Position numbers and translations under genes: made by a program. Positions 50,794-59,701 of a stretch of DNA of 64,000 nt are shown piece by piece. The stretch lies in assembly GCA_964550745.1 (NCBI GenBank), contig CAZKAO010000001.1, forward strand, positions 62,299 to 126,298. Reading direction: 5' to 3'. Each line of letters opens with the position of its first letter. Position 1 is the first letter of the stretch. This stretch comes from an uncultured Acetatifactor sp. (lineage in GTDB: Bacteria > Bacillota > Clostridia > Lachnospirales > Lachnospiraceae). The notes under the pieces are model-generated. The model was not told the DNA's origin. It was given only the letters and a program-made list of their open reading frames with translations, and did not search any database.

Positions 50794-52272
50794 TCACTCA
50801 TTCTGCAGCTCTCTGTATTTACGGATTACAAAATGCATACAGGTGCCCTCGCCCTCCCGGCTGGTGGCCCAGATGTATCCGCCATGGTCCTCAATAATCT
50901 TTTTCACAATTGACAGCCCGATACCGCTGCCGCCCTGCAGGGAATTGCGGGAAGCGTCCGTGCGGTAAAACCGCTCAAATATTTTCCCCAGATCCTTCTG
51001 CGCTATGCCCTTACCGTTATCCTCAATCTCTATCTGTATGGAGTCCAGCTCGTCCAGTATCCGGATATCGATCACCCCATGCTGTTTATCCATATATTTG
51101 ACGCTGTTGCTGATAATATTGTTGATCACCTTTTTCATCTGTTCCGGATCGGCTATAACCAGCGTCTCCTGATCCACCAGGTTAGTATAGTTGAGCTGGA
51201 TATTCTTGGACTCCAGATCCAGCCCCACCTCCTCCACACAGTCTCCAAAATAATCCGCCACATTGATGCGATGAAAATTATAGGGAATGCGGTGATTGTC
51301 AATGCCGGAATATATGGTCAGTTCATTGATCAGCCGGTCCATATCATTGGCTTTATTATATATGGTCTTAATATATTTGTCCATCTTTTCCGGCGTGTCC
51401 GCCACACCGTCCATGATGCCCTCCACATACCCCTTTATCGCCGTAATAGGAGTCTTTAAGTCATGAGAAATATTGCTGACCAGCTCCTTATTTTTCTTCT
51501 CCTGTTCCACATTTTCCTCGGCGTTCTCCTTCAGGCGCAGCCTCATATCCTCGTAGTTGCGGTACAGATCGCCGATCTCACCGCCGGACTTGGTCTGCAG
51601 CATATATCCGAAATTGCCCTCCTTAATCTTGGTCATGGCAATATTCAGCTCATTGATGGGCCGGAACACCTCTTTGTGAATCCACTGGGTCAGCATCAGG
51701 CTGGTAAAAACCAGGATCAGCACAATAGCGACAACCATATCAATCAACAGCTGCCGGGAAATCAGGGTATTAATCCTCATGATAATAAACAGGCTGCCCT
51801 CTGCACCATCCTGAAAATAAAAATCAATCTGCTTCACATATTTATCCAGCTCACTGAAATAATATCCGGTTCCCTCCTCCAGATCACGCGTGCCAAACTC
51901 CGGCAACAGACCAAAAATCCGCTCTGCCGCCTCCTGATTGCCTGCATAGTAAATCACATCCCCTCTGCGCACCAACAGATAAGCGGATCTGGGCCGCAGC
52001 AAGCCGTCCATTTTCTCCAGATAGTCCATGTTCTCCAGCAATGCCACATCCCGCTTTGCCTGCTCCGCCAGCTGCCTGTAGACATTATCCGCATGACGGG
52101 TAAATGTGTCCATGGATTCGGATATCATGGCAATATCCATATTCTGATCGACAAAGCCCGGTTGGGAATTCATCAGATGTATCCCGATGAGGCAGAAAGC
52201 CAGCGCTGTCAACAACAGTGGCAGAAAAACGATGGTTGCAAAGGTCACCTTTAGCCTTGTCTTAAACTTCAT
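50794..52272 (-). CDS. HAMP-domain sensor histidine kinase
   Basis: 2 TMs, SHDLKTP, NIISNSVKY, DNGKGI, GSGIGL. Confidence 0.95.
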   Translation of the reverse strand: MKFKTRLKVTFATIVFLPLLLTALAFCLIGIHLMNSQPGFVDQNMDIAMISESMDTFTRHADNVYRQLAEQAKRDVALLENMDYLEKMDGLLRPRSAYLLVRRGDVIYYAGNQEAAERIFGLLPEFGTRDLEEGTGYYFSELDKYVKQIDFYFQDGAEGSLFIIMRINTLISRQLLIDMVVAIVLILVFTSLMLTQWIHKEVFRPINELNIAMTKIKEGNFGYMLQTKSGGEIGDLYRNYEDMRLRLKENAEENVEQEKKNKELVSNISHDLKTPITAIKGYVEGIMDGVADTPEKMDKYIKTIYNKANDMDRLINELTIYSGIDNHRIPYNFHRINVADYFGDCVEEVGLDLESKNIQLNYTNLVDQETLVIADPEQMKKVINNIISNSVKYMDKQHGVIDIRILDELDSIQIEIEDNGKGIAQKDLGKIFERFYRTDASRNSLQGGSGIGLSIVKKIIEDHGGYIWATSREGEGTCMHFVIRKYRELQNE

Positions 52273-52487
52273 GATTCCCTCCCCGGCATGTCCAAGATCT
52301 GCCCCGGCCAAACTCCAGTCAACCTGTCTGAATCTCCCCCATGCTTGCAGACAATTCTTTACAGTAAATCAGTATAACACACATCCGACTGAAAATGGTA
52401 AAAACTAACGAATATGTTCATAAAAAAAATATAAATTCCTGCTATAGGGCATCAGGAATTCATATTTGTTCCAAATAAGAATTTAAA

Positions 52488-52519
52488 AGACACCCGGTAA
52501 CTTGCGCTACCGGGTGTCT
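52488..52519. terminator. Terminator after tRNA-Gln
   Basis: AGACACCCGGTA-ACTTGCGC-TACCGGGTGTCT perfect 12-bp stem, T tract on minus. Confidence 0.85.
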
Positions 52520-52526
52520 CTGAGAG

Positions 52527-52598
52527 CAGCGCTACAAGGATTCGAACCTTGAAATGACGGAGTCAGAGTCCGTTGCCTTACCGTTTGGCGATAGCGCT
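52527..52598 (-). tRNA. tRNA-Gln (anticodon CUG)
   Basis: Cloverleaf: AGCGCTA/TAGCGCT acceptor, GCC/GGC D arm, ACGGA-CTCTGAC-TCCGT anticodon arm, CAAGG-TTCGAAT-CCTTG T arm; CCA not encoded. Confidence 0.97.
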
Positions 52599-52618
52599 AT
52601 TTATTGACTACTTGATGA

Positions 52619-52647
52619 ATTATACACGAAGTGTTTCCATTTTGCAA
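52619..52647 (-). promoter_or_regulatory. sigma-A promoter of tRNA-Gln
   Basis: TTGCAA-17 bp-TATAAT. Confidence 0.8.
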
Positions 52648-52790
52648 GAGGAAAATGCAAAAAAATTACTTTTTAATGTATTTTCTTCTTTAAGGACATT
52701 TATTTATACCGCAGCGGACTCCTCCCTCATAGGATCGTCAAATTTTTACGAGATATACCTATATATCAACATCAAAGGAGGATTTTTACT

Positions 52791-53153
52791 ATGAACAAGT
52801 TACCTGAAACTCTAAAGCGCTTACGGGAACAGAAAGGTGTATACCTGAAAGAGGTAGCGCCGTTTCTGGGAGTGTCTGTAGGGTCCTTATCCAATTATGA
52901 ACATGGGGTGCATTCGCCTGATCCCGATACCCTGATACAGCTGGCAGACTATTATAGTGTATCTATAGACTATCTGGTGGGCCATACGGACTGCCCATAT
53001 CCAGTCAGTACCATCAACCGAAAAATCTATGGGGAATATACTGTAAGGCAGTTTCTTGAACTGTTGGACCGGCTGCCGGATCAGGAAATGCAGTATCTGG
53101 TGTATGTTCTGGAAATGTTTGAATTGCGCGCGGCTTCTGAAAAACACTTCTGA
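52791..53153 (+). CDS. XRE-family HTH transcriptional regulator
   Basis: LKRLREQKG...LGVSVGSLSNYEHG...PDPDTLIQLADYYSVSIDYLVG; SD AAAGGAGG. Confidence 0.92.
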   Translation: MNKLPETLKRLREQKGVYLKEVAPFLGVSVGSLSNYEHGVHSPDPDTLIQLADYYSVSIDYLVGHTDCPYPVSTINRKIYGEYTVRQFLELLDRLPDQEMQYLVYVLEMFELRAASEKHF

Positions 53154-53204
53154 CCCGTCCTTCCCTGGTCCCGGGATTCTCCCTGGGTCAGGGATTCTTC
53201 TTGT

Positions 53205-54158
53205 TTATGATTTTTTCTCTTCTGAATTCATCCTTTCTCGAAAGTCAGCAAAGCTCTCTACTTTAGCGGCCGCCTTGTGCCATCTGTACAGTATCTCTGT
53301 GTCCTCCTCACTATGGATGCGGCTGCAAATATCTTTTGGGATCTCTCCCAGATCTTCGAGTAATTCCAAAATAGCCTGCCGACTTCGCCTGAGTTCACCT
53401 TCGGCCAAGCCCGCAGTTCGTCCCTCAGTTCGCCCCATAGCCAGTCCCTCGGCTCGCCCCTCAGCAATAGCTATGTTCCTCAAATACAATCGATCGCGCT
53501 TTATCCTCATATGTTCTTCATACAGCGCTCGTAGTCGTCTCCCCAGATTCATTGTCATTACCTCTTTCACTGCTTCCACAACACCTGGATTCTTGCTTTG
53601 CAGCATTTTTAATTCCGCCATGCTTTCTACCCGGAACAATCTAATCCAATCATCCAATCTGTCCCCGGTGAGTTCCTTGTTAAGTTCTATGACATGTATC
53701 TCGAACTGGTCTGAATACAACTGCCCGTCCTGATCCCGCAAATAGTACACCTTGTGGTAACCCGGCTGGGTATCCCACCGAAAACCAAGCACACAGATCA
53801 CGATACATTTCTTCAGTCGGGCGTAATCCTCCCCGGTACGTCCCTCTTCGGAGTACATCTTGGACAGATAGAACAGGCTGCGCTTGTCCCAGTCGGCAAC
53901 CTCCTTGATCTGCAGCTCGATATTGATCCTGCGGTCATTGTTGAGCAGCAGCCTTACGTCCAGAATGCCCTGTTTCTCCCGTCTGCTGCGCCTGCGCAGG
54001 AGAGTATTTTCCAGACGTACTTCCCGGATTTCCTCCAGAGGAATACCCAGCACATCACTGATAAAATGTCTGCGCACTGCCTCATTGTGCATCAGTTCCT
54101 TGAAAGCCACATCGGACTTTGGGGGAAGAAATTGCCCCCGCAACTCTTTTTTTCTCAC
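53205..54158 (-). CDS. Rpn-family PD-(D/E)XK nuclease (recombination-promoting nuclease / putative transposase)
   Basis: DVAFK, ILDV...INIELQ, RSLFYLSKMY, IHVIEL, C-terminal (A/T)EGR repeats; GTG start, SD AGGAGG. Confidence 0.9.
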   Translation of the reverse strand: MRKKELRGQFLPPKSDVAFKELMHNEAVRRHFISDVLGIPLEEIREVRLENTLLRRRSRREKQGILDVRLLLNNDRRINIELQIKEVADWDKRSLFYLSKMYSEEGRTGEDYARLKKCIVICVLGFRWDTQPGYHKVYYLRDQDGQLYSDQFEIHVIELNKELTGDRLDDWIRLFRVESMAELKMLQSKNPGVVEAVKEVMTMNLGRRLRALYEEHMRIKRDRLYLRNIAIAEGRAEGLAMGRTEGRTAGLAEGELRRSRQAILELLEDLGEIPKDICSRIHSEEDTEILYRWHKAAAKVESFADFRERMNSEEKKS

Positions 54159-54161
54159 TTC

Positions 54162-54249
54162 GTACCTCCTGACCCGCAGGAGATACCGGATAAAGCTACT
54201 CCCCGATAAGGCTTATGTAAAGCCCGCTCCAGTCCCAAAAATCTCCTGC
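54162..54249 (-). promoter_or_regulatory. Structured 5' leader of rpn with alternative SD-sequestering hairpin
   Basis: 10-bp hairpin over the SD versus mutually exclusive 9+6-bp long-range pairing. Confidence 0.55.
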
Positions 54250-54352
54250 TTCTTTTCAATTGTGGTATTTTGAATTTAAAGCATAGATTTTCCGATATCT
54301 TGAAAAGGGAATTGCTTTATCAAAAGTGAAAAGAAATATATGCTTTGAGAGT

Positions 54353-54381
54353 ATATTAGCATATAGGGTATAGTATTGCAA
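54353..54381 (-). promoter_or_regulatory. sigma-A promoter of rpn
   Basis: TTGCAA-17 bp-TAATAT with TG extension. Confidence 0.55.
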
Positions 54382-54509
54382 GCAGATTTCAGAAAATTTT
54401 CATAGGCAAATTTTTATAGGGTTACTTTTCAAAGGGTAGCCAGCATGGGACGCTCCTGATGAATAATCATTCCTGTCTGGACCCGCTCTCGCTCGATTGG
54501 AAACGTAGC

Positions 54510-54548
54510 AAGCGGTTTCTGAAGCCCTTCAGCCACAAGAAACCGCTT
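54510..54548. terminator. Hairpin downstream of glnA
   Basis: AAGCGGTTTCT...AGAAACCGCTT 11-bp IR; U tract weak. Confidence 0.5.
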
Positions 54549-54576
54549 ACCACTAAAAAATCTTTTCGCTATTGGC

Positions 54577-56700
54577 TTACACCTCAAAAATCAACTCACC
54601 ATAGGAGGGTACTGGCCAGACTTTCTTATCCACCAGCATCTCCAGCGCATCCACCGGGGTGCGCAGCGCATCCATGGCCTCTTTTACCGTATCCTTGTAG
54701 AAGAAAGCCTGGGCCTTGGCATCCTGCATAGCGCCGGCCTCTGCCGTAGCCCTCTCCAGCTCCTTCAGGGCTTTCCTTGCCGCTGCAAGCTGCATGCTCA
54801 CCTCACCCAGAAGCTCCGCCTGCACAGAGGCGTCCGCTCCGGCCTCCCGCACTGCAATCACGGTATCCGCCAGAGTTCTGGTATACCCTATCACTGCAGG
54901 GATATATTTCTTGTTGGCCATATTTATCATGGTCAAAGCCTCGATATTGATGGTCTTGGCATAGGTCTCGTAGAGGATCTCCTCCCGGGACTCCAATTCC
55001 ACTCTGGTGAATATGCCAAACTTTTCAAACAGCCGAATCGCCTTATCCGTGGTAAGCGTACCCGCCGCCTCCACCATGGATTTGATATTGGGTAATCCCC
55101 GGCGCTCCGCCTCTTTTACCCACTCCGCGGAATAGCCGTCGCCGTTGAAAATAATACGCTGATGTCTGCCCATATACTCCTTGATCAGATCATGCACCGC
55201 CAGTTCAAGCGCTTTACCCTCCGCCACTTCCCGCTCCAGGGTATCCGCCGCCTCGCAGAAGGCTTCCGCCACAATCGCATTCAGTGTGGTGTTGGGGCTG
55301 GCGATGGAGTCCGCGGAACCCACCGTGCGGAACTCGAACTTGTTGCCGGTAAAGGCAAAAGGCGAAGTTCTGTTGCGGTCCGTGGCGTCCTTCTCAAAAT
55401 CCGGCAAAGTGGATACGCCGGTCTCCAGCTTGCCGCCCTCGATCAGATGAGCCGCCTCCCCGGTCTCCACCAGCTGCTTCACCACATCGTCCAACTGCTC
55501 TCCCAGAAACATGGAGATAATAGCCGGGGGAGCCTCATTGGCGCCCAGTCTGTGGTCATTGCCCACATCGGATGCACTCTGGCGCAGCAGGTCCGCATGG
55601 GTGTCCACTGCCTTCATGATACAGGCCAGCACCAGCAGAAACTGGATGTTGGCATTTGGCGTATCGCCGGGGTCCAGCAGATTGACTCCATTGTCCGTAC
55701 ACAGGGACCAGTTGTCATGCTTGCCGGAGCCGTTCACTCCCGCAAAGGGTTTCTCGTGCAGCAGACAGGTCAGGCCGTGACGGCCAGCCACCTTCTTCAT
55801 GGTCTCCATCACCAGCTGATTGTGGTCCACAGCAATATTGGCGCTCTCGTATATGGGAGCCAGCTCGTGCTGGGCAGGCGCCGCCTCATTGTGCTGAGTC
55901 TTGGCCGTCACGCCCAGCTTCCACAGTTCGATATTCAAATCCTTCATATAAGCGCCGATGCGCTCCCGGATAGTGCCGAAATAGTGATCCTCCAGCTCCT
56001 GTCCCTTGGGCGCCGGTGCGCCGAACAGGGTACGTCCCGCAAAGATCAGATCCTCCCGCTGCAGGTATTTCTCCCGATCCACCAGAAAATACTCCTGCTC
56101 CGCGCCAACGCTGGCCACCACCTTAGTGGCCTCCGTGTTGCCGAACAGCCGCACGATGCGCAGGGCCTGCTGGCTGATGGCCTCCATGGAACGCAGCAGA
56201 GGCGTCTTTTTGTCCAGAGCCTCCCCGGTGTAGGAGCAGAATGCCGTGGGAACACACAGTATCACGCCGGTGGCATCCTCTTTTAAAAATGCTGGGGAAG
56301 TCATATCCCAGGCGGTGTAGCCTCTGGCTTCAAAGGTCGCCCGCAGTCCCCCGGAGGGAAAAGAGGAGGCATCCGGCTCACCCTTGATCAGTTCCTTGCC
56401 GGAGAACTCCAGCAGCATCCTGCCGTCGCTGTCAGGATGGGATACAAAGGCATCATGTTTTTCCGCCGTGATACCGGTCAACGGCTGAAACCAGTGGGTA
56501 TAGTGGGTTGCACCGTTCTCCACGGCCCAGTCCTTCATGGCCTTGGCCACCACGTCGGCAGTGGCAAGGGGAAGTTCCCCTCCCTGCTCCATTACCCGCT
56601 TTACCTCGGCAAAAACCTGTTTGGGCAGCCTCTCCTTCATCTTGCCCAATGTAAATACCCTGCTGCCGAAAAGCTCCTCCACATTTATCATTCCGCTCAT
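54577..56700 (-). CDS. glnA: Glutamine synthetase type III
   Basis: 707 aa; HWFQPLTG, GEPDASSFP, HEKPFAGVNGSGKH, TDRNRTSPFAFTGNKFEFR. Confidence 0.96.
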   Translation of the reverse strand: MSGMINVEELFGSRVFTLGKMKERLPKQVFAEVKRVMEQGGELPLATADVVAKAMKDWAVENGATHYTHWFQPLTGITAEKHDAFVSHPDSDGRMLLEFSGKELIKGEPDASSFPSGGLRATFEARGYTAWDMTSPAFLKEDATGVILCVPTAFCSYTGEALDKKTPLLRSMEAISQQALRIVRLFGNTEATKVVASVGAEQEYFLVDREKYLQREDLIFAGRTLFGAPAPKGQELEDHYFGTIRERIGAYMKDLNIELWKLGVTAKTQHNEAAPAQHELAPIYESANIAVDHNQLVMETMKKVAGRHGLTCLLHEKPFAGVNGSGKHDNWSLCTDNGVNLLDPGDTPNANIQFLLVLACIMKAVDTHADLLRQSASDVGNDHRLGANEAPPAIISMFLGEQLDDVVKQLVETGEAAHLIEGGKLETGVSTLPDFEKDATDRNRTSPFAFTGNKFEFRTVGSADSIASPNTTLNAIVAEAFCEAADTLEREVAEGKALELAVHDLIKEYMGRHQRIIFNGDGYSAEWVKEAERRGLPNIKSMVEAAGTLTTDKAIRLFEKFGIFTRVELESREEILYETYAKTINIEALTMINMANKKYIPAVIGYTRTLADTVIAVREAGADASVQAELLGEVSMQLAAARKALKELERATAEAGAMQDAKAQAFFYKDTVKEAMDALRTPVDALEMLVDKKVWPVPSYGELIFEV

Positions 56701-56887
56701 ACAGTATGCTCCCTCCTATTTAGAATTCCACATCCGCCGTGCCAACGCTGTCACTATGTATCTGACAGGCTGCACCTGTCTTACTCTGAAATAAGATACC
56801 TTCTTTTCCATGAAAAATCAATAGCTAATTTACTTTATATTTCTTAACTGCGCTATCGCTCCAATGCTTCTCCACCCGTTTACATTA

Positions 56888-57625
56888 TCAACATGACGAT
56901 AAAAAGTCAAGAATCATCGGATTGAGCTCCTTCGCCTGTTCTCCGACAAAATGAGGACGATGGCCTCCTCCTTTAACCTCGTATACTTTTGCAAATGGAA
57001 CTTTTTCCTTGAGCTCTGCACAGGTTCCAAACGGATCATTTTCTCCGTTTATGAAGAACGCCGGACATTTTATTGCCGCCCATTCATCATCGGTCAGGTT
57101 CGGGTGCGTTTTCCAATCGGCAACGGTTGTTCTTAAATAAGTCTGCCAATCACCCCTGTGCGCGTCATAATGCCTTGACTTCATGTCCTCAATAAACCCG
57201 GTGTCGTTTTTTTCTAAAAGACTTTCCGGCAGAAAACTGTCTGCACCTTCCACTCTGGGATAAGCTCCCCCTCCGACCGTGACAAGACTTTTAACCTTCT
57301 CAGGGTACTTTGCAGCCATATAACATCCCACATATGCGCCGCAGCTATAGCCAAAAAGATGCGCAGACTGAATCCCTAAAGCGTCCATAAAGTCTGCCAT
57401 GTCGTCTGCAATCATGCGGCTATTCCATTCAAGACTGTCGCATCTGGTTCTGCCGTGACCTCTGAAATCCGGATAAAGACACCGGTAATTTCCCGAAAAT
57501 GGCAGAATCTGAGCGGAGAAGGCCAGCAATCCTCTGCTGAAATGACTGTGAAGAAACAACAAGGCTTCCCCTCTGCCAAATTCCTCATAGTATAAATCTA
57601 AATCCTTCAGTTTAACATATGGCAT
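56888..57625 (-). CDS. Alpha/beta hydrolase
   Basis: DFRGHGR, GYSCG nucleophile elbow, GEND, GGH. Confidence 0.9.
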   Translation of the reverse strand: MPYVKLKDLDLYYEEFGRGEALLFLHSHFSRGLLAFSAQILPFSGNYRCLYPDFRGHGRTRCDSLEWNSRMIADDMADFMDALGIQSAHLFGYSCGAYVGCYMAAKYPEKVKSLVTVGGGAYPRVEGADSFLPESLLEKNDTGFIEDMKSRHYDAHRGDWQTYLRTTVADWKTHPNLTDDEWAAIKCPAFFINGENDPFGTCAELKEKVPFAKVYEVKGGGHRPHFVGEQAKELNPMILDFLSSC

Positions 57626-57708
57626 TATAAAAATCTCCTTCTATGATTCTTGAGAGTTAAAAGTTTTCAATAAAAGAACAACACTTTCGTGAGGAAACTC
57701 AAACTAAT

Positions 57709-59025
57709 TTACGGATTGCGTACACGCAGCAGATCATAGGGCTCCGGCGACCGGGACAGGCGCAGCCAGATCTGCTGTTTAGAGTGAGGGCAGCTTTCCA
57801 CAGGCTGCAGGTCGCTGTCATACATGGCTACCACTGTGACTTCCACGTTACTGCCGTCGGGCTTCATAATCTCTATGGCATCCCCCACGCAGAATTTATT
57901 GCGCTGCTCAATGCGAGCCAGCACTTCCTGATCCCCTTGTTCTTCACAAGTACCTTCCTCTGAGAATTTTGCCTGCCGCTCCATCATTTGATGATATGGC
58001 ATGCACATTACTTCCTGAATGCACCCCAGATATGTATATTCATTCACATAGGTACTGTTGTCATAAATCTGATTATTCTCATCCGGTTTACCAAAATAGA
58101 AACCCGTTGAGAACTGCCGGTAAGTACATTTGGCAATTTCGGCTCTGTACCACTCCCGGTTTTGCCGATATTTTTCCTCGCTCTCAAAAAAGTCGTCTAT
58201 GGCTTTCCGATAAGTACGGGCCACCGCCGCCACATACAAGGCGGTTTTCATGCGGCCCTCAATCTTGAAGCTGTCAATACCTGCTGCCACCAGCTCCGGG
58301 ATATAATCAATCATACACAGATCCTTGGAATTAAAGATAAAGGTCCCCCGCTCATTCTCATACACCGGCAGGTACTCTCCGGGCCGGGTCTCCTCCACCA
58401 CCGCATACTTCCAGCGGCAGGGATGGGTGCAGGCTCCCTTGTTGGCATCCCGCCCGGTGAAATAATTGCTGAGCAGGCAGCGCCCCGAATAGGAGATACA
58501 CATGGCCCCGTGGATGAAGCTCTCAATCTCCATCTCCGCAGGGATATGATGCCGAATCTCCGCGATCTCTGCCAGGGAAAGCTCCCGGGCACTGACCACT
58601 CTCTTTGCCCCAAGTTCCCACCAGAACAGATAGGTCTGATAATTGGTGTTGTTAGCCTGGGTGGAAATGTGAATCTCCGCCTCCGGCCAGACCCTTCTGG
58701 CAATGGTGAACATGCCCGGGTCCGAGATAATCAGGGCATCCGCCTGCTCGGGCTGCATATCCCGAAGCTCTGCAAAATACTCCTCCGCACCTGTTAGATC
58801 CCCATTGTGCGCCAGAATGTTGGCCGTCACATAGACTTTGACTCCATGAGCATGGGCAAAAGCGATTCCCTCCGCCATCTCCTCCATGGAAAAGTTTCTG
58901 GCCTTGGCCCGCAGGCCAAAGGCTTCTCCGCCGATATATACCGCATCTGCGCCAAAAATCACCGCCGTCCGCAGCACCTCCAGGCTGGAGGCTGGAATCA
59001 GCAGTTCCGGTTTCTTATGTTCCAT
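57709..59025 (-). CDS. U32-family peptidase (TrhP-like tRNA hydroxylation protein)
   Basis: PELLIPA, GADAVYIG, HGAMCISYSGRC, CTHPCRW, KIEGRMK. Confidence 0.93.
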   Translation of the reverse strand: MEHKKPELLIPASSLEVLRTAVIFGADAVYIGGEAFGLRAKARNFSMEEMAEGIAFAHAHGVKVYVTANILAHNGDLTGAEEYFAELRDMQPEQADALIISDPGMFTIARRVWPEAEIHISTQANNTNYQTYLFWWELGAKRVVSARELSLAEIAEIRHHIPAEMEIESFIHGAMCISYSGRCLLSNYFTGRDANKGACTHPCRWKYAVVEETRPGEYLPVYENERGTFIFNSKDLCMIDYIPELVAAGIDSFKIEGRMKTALYVAAVARTYRKAIDDFFESEEKYRQNREWYRAEIAKCTYRQFSTGFYFGKPDENNQIYDNSTYVNEYTYLGCIQEVMCMPYHQMMERQAKFSEEGTCEEQGDQEVLARIEQRNKFCVGDAIEIMKPDGSNVEVTVVAMYDSDLQPVESCPHSKQQIWLRLSRSPEPYDLLRVRNP

Positions 59026-59031
59026 ACCGCT

Positions 59032-59673
59032 TCACCTCTTCACACTCAGAGTCACCCCGTCCCCCACCGGCAGGATGCAGGTCTCCAGCTGTGGATGGTG
59101 GGTCAGTTCATACAGGTATTCCCGCATCCGGGCATGTATCGTCCGATTACGGCGAGTCACAGCGAACCGGGATTCCACCACATCTCCGTCCTGCAGTACA
59201 TTGTCGGACACCAGCAGTCCGCCTTCCGGCAGCAGACGCAGGATATCCGGTAAAAAATGGATATACTGTCCCTTGGCCGCATCCATGAAGATCAGGTCGT
59301 ATGTGCCGTCCAGCTCCTTCAGAATATCCACCGCATCGCCCTCCAGCAGGGTGATCTGCTGCTCCCTCCCCGCCCTGGCAAAATTTTCCCTGGCCTGGGG
59401 AATGCGCTTATCGTATTTCTCAATGGTAGTGATGTGACAGCCCTCTGGCCCATATTCACTCATCAGCAATGCGGAGAAGCCAATGGCCGTCCCCACCTCC
59501 AGTATCTTTGCCGGACGGCACAGGGCAAGCAGAAATTTCATAAGTCCCTGCATCTCCCTGCGGATAATGGGAACCCCCTCCTTCAAAGCCTCGCTCTCCA
59601 GTTTTTCCAAAAAAGGCGTGTTGCCTTTATCAAACGAATTAATAAAGGCAACCATTCTCTCATCAATAATCAT
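59032..59673 (-). CDS. O-methyltransferase (TrmR/YrrM-like)
   Basis: ILEVGTAIGFS, FMDAAKGQY, DNVL, GDG; adjacent to the U32 gene. Confidence 0.9.
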   Translation of the reverse strand: MIIDERMVAFINSFDKGNTPFLEKLESEALKEGVPIIRREMQGLMKFLLALCRPAKILEVGTAIGFSALLMSEYGPEGCHITTIEKYDKRIPQARENFARAGREQQITLLEGDAVDILKELDGTYDLIFMDAAKGQYIHFLPDILRLLPEGGLLVSDNVLQDGDVVESRFAVTRRNRTIHARMREYLYELTHHPQLETCILPVGDGVTLSVKR

Positions 59674-59701
59674 ATAATTTTCAACTCCTGCCACCCTCTC
59701 T

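Noticed and set aside
53150-54176. CTGACCCG 8-mer on both sides of rpn as a target-site duplication
   Set aside because: Short, overlaps the XRE stop and the rpn leader hairpin, and no terminal IRs; likely chance
54456-54520. CTGATGA...GAAAC resembling a hammerhead ribozyme core
   Set aside because: Stems I and III cannot be formed with a correctly placed NUH site, and the stem II closing pair is wrong
52588-56859. 10-bp inverted match between the tRNA 5' end and 56850-56859 as an att site
   Set aside because: Inverted orientation, wrong tRNA end, and no integrase
56701-56887. ANTAR or glutamine-responsive element upstream of glnA
   Set aside because: Only one AxxG hexaloop-like hairpin, upstream of the likely promoter, and no paired terminator
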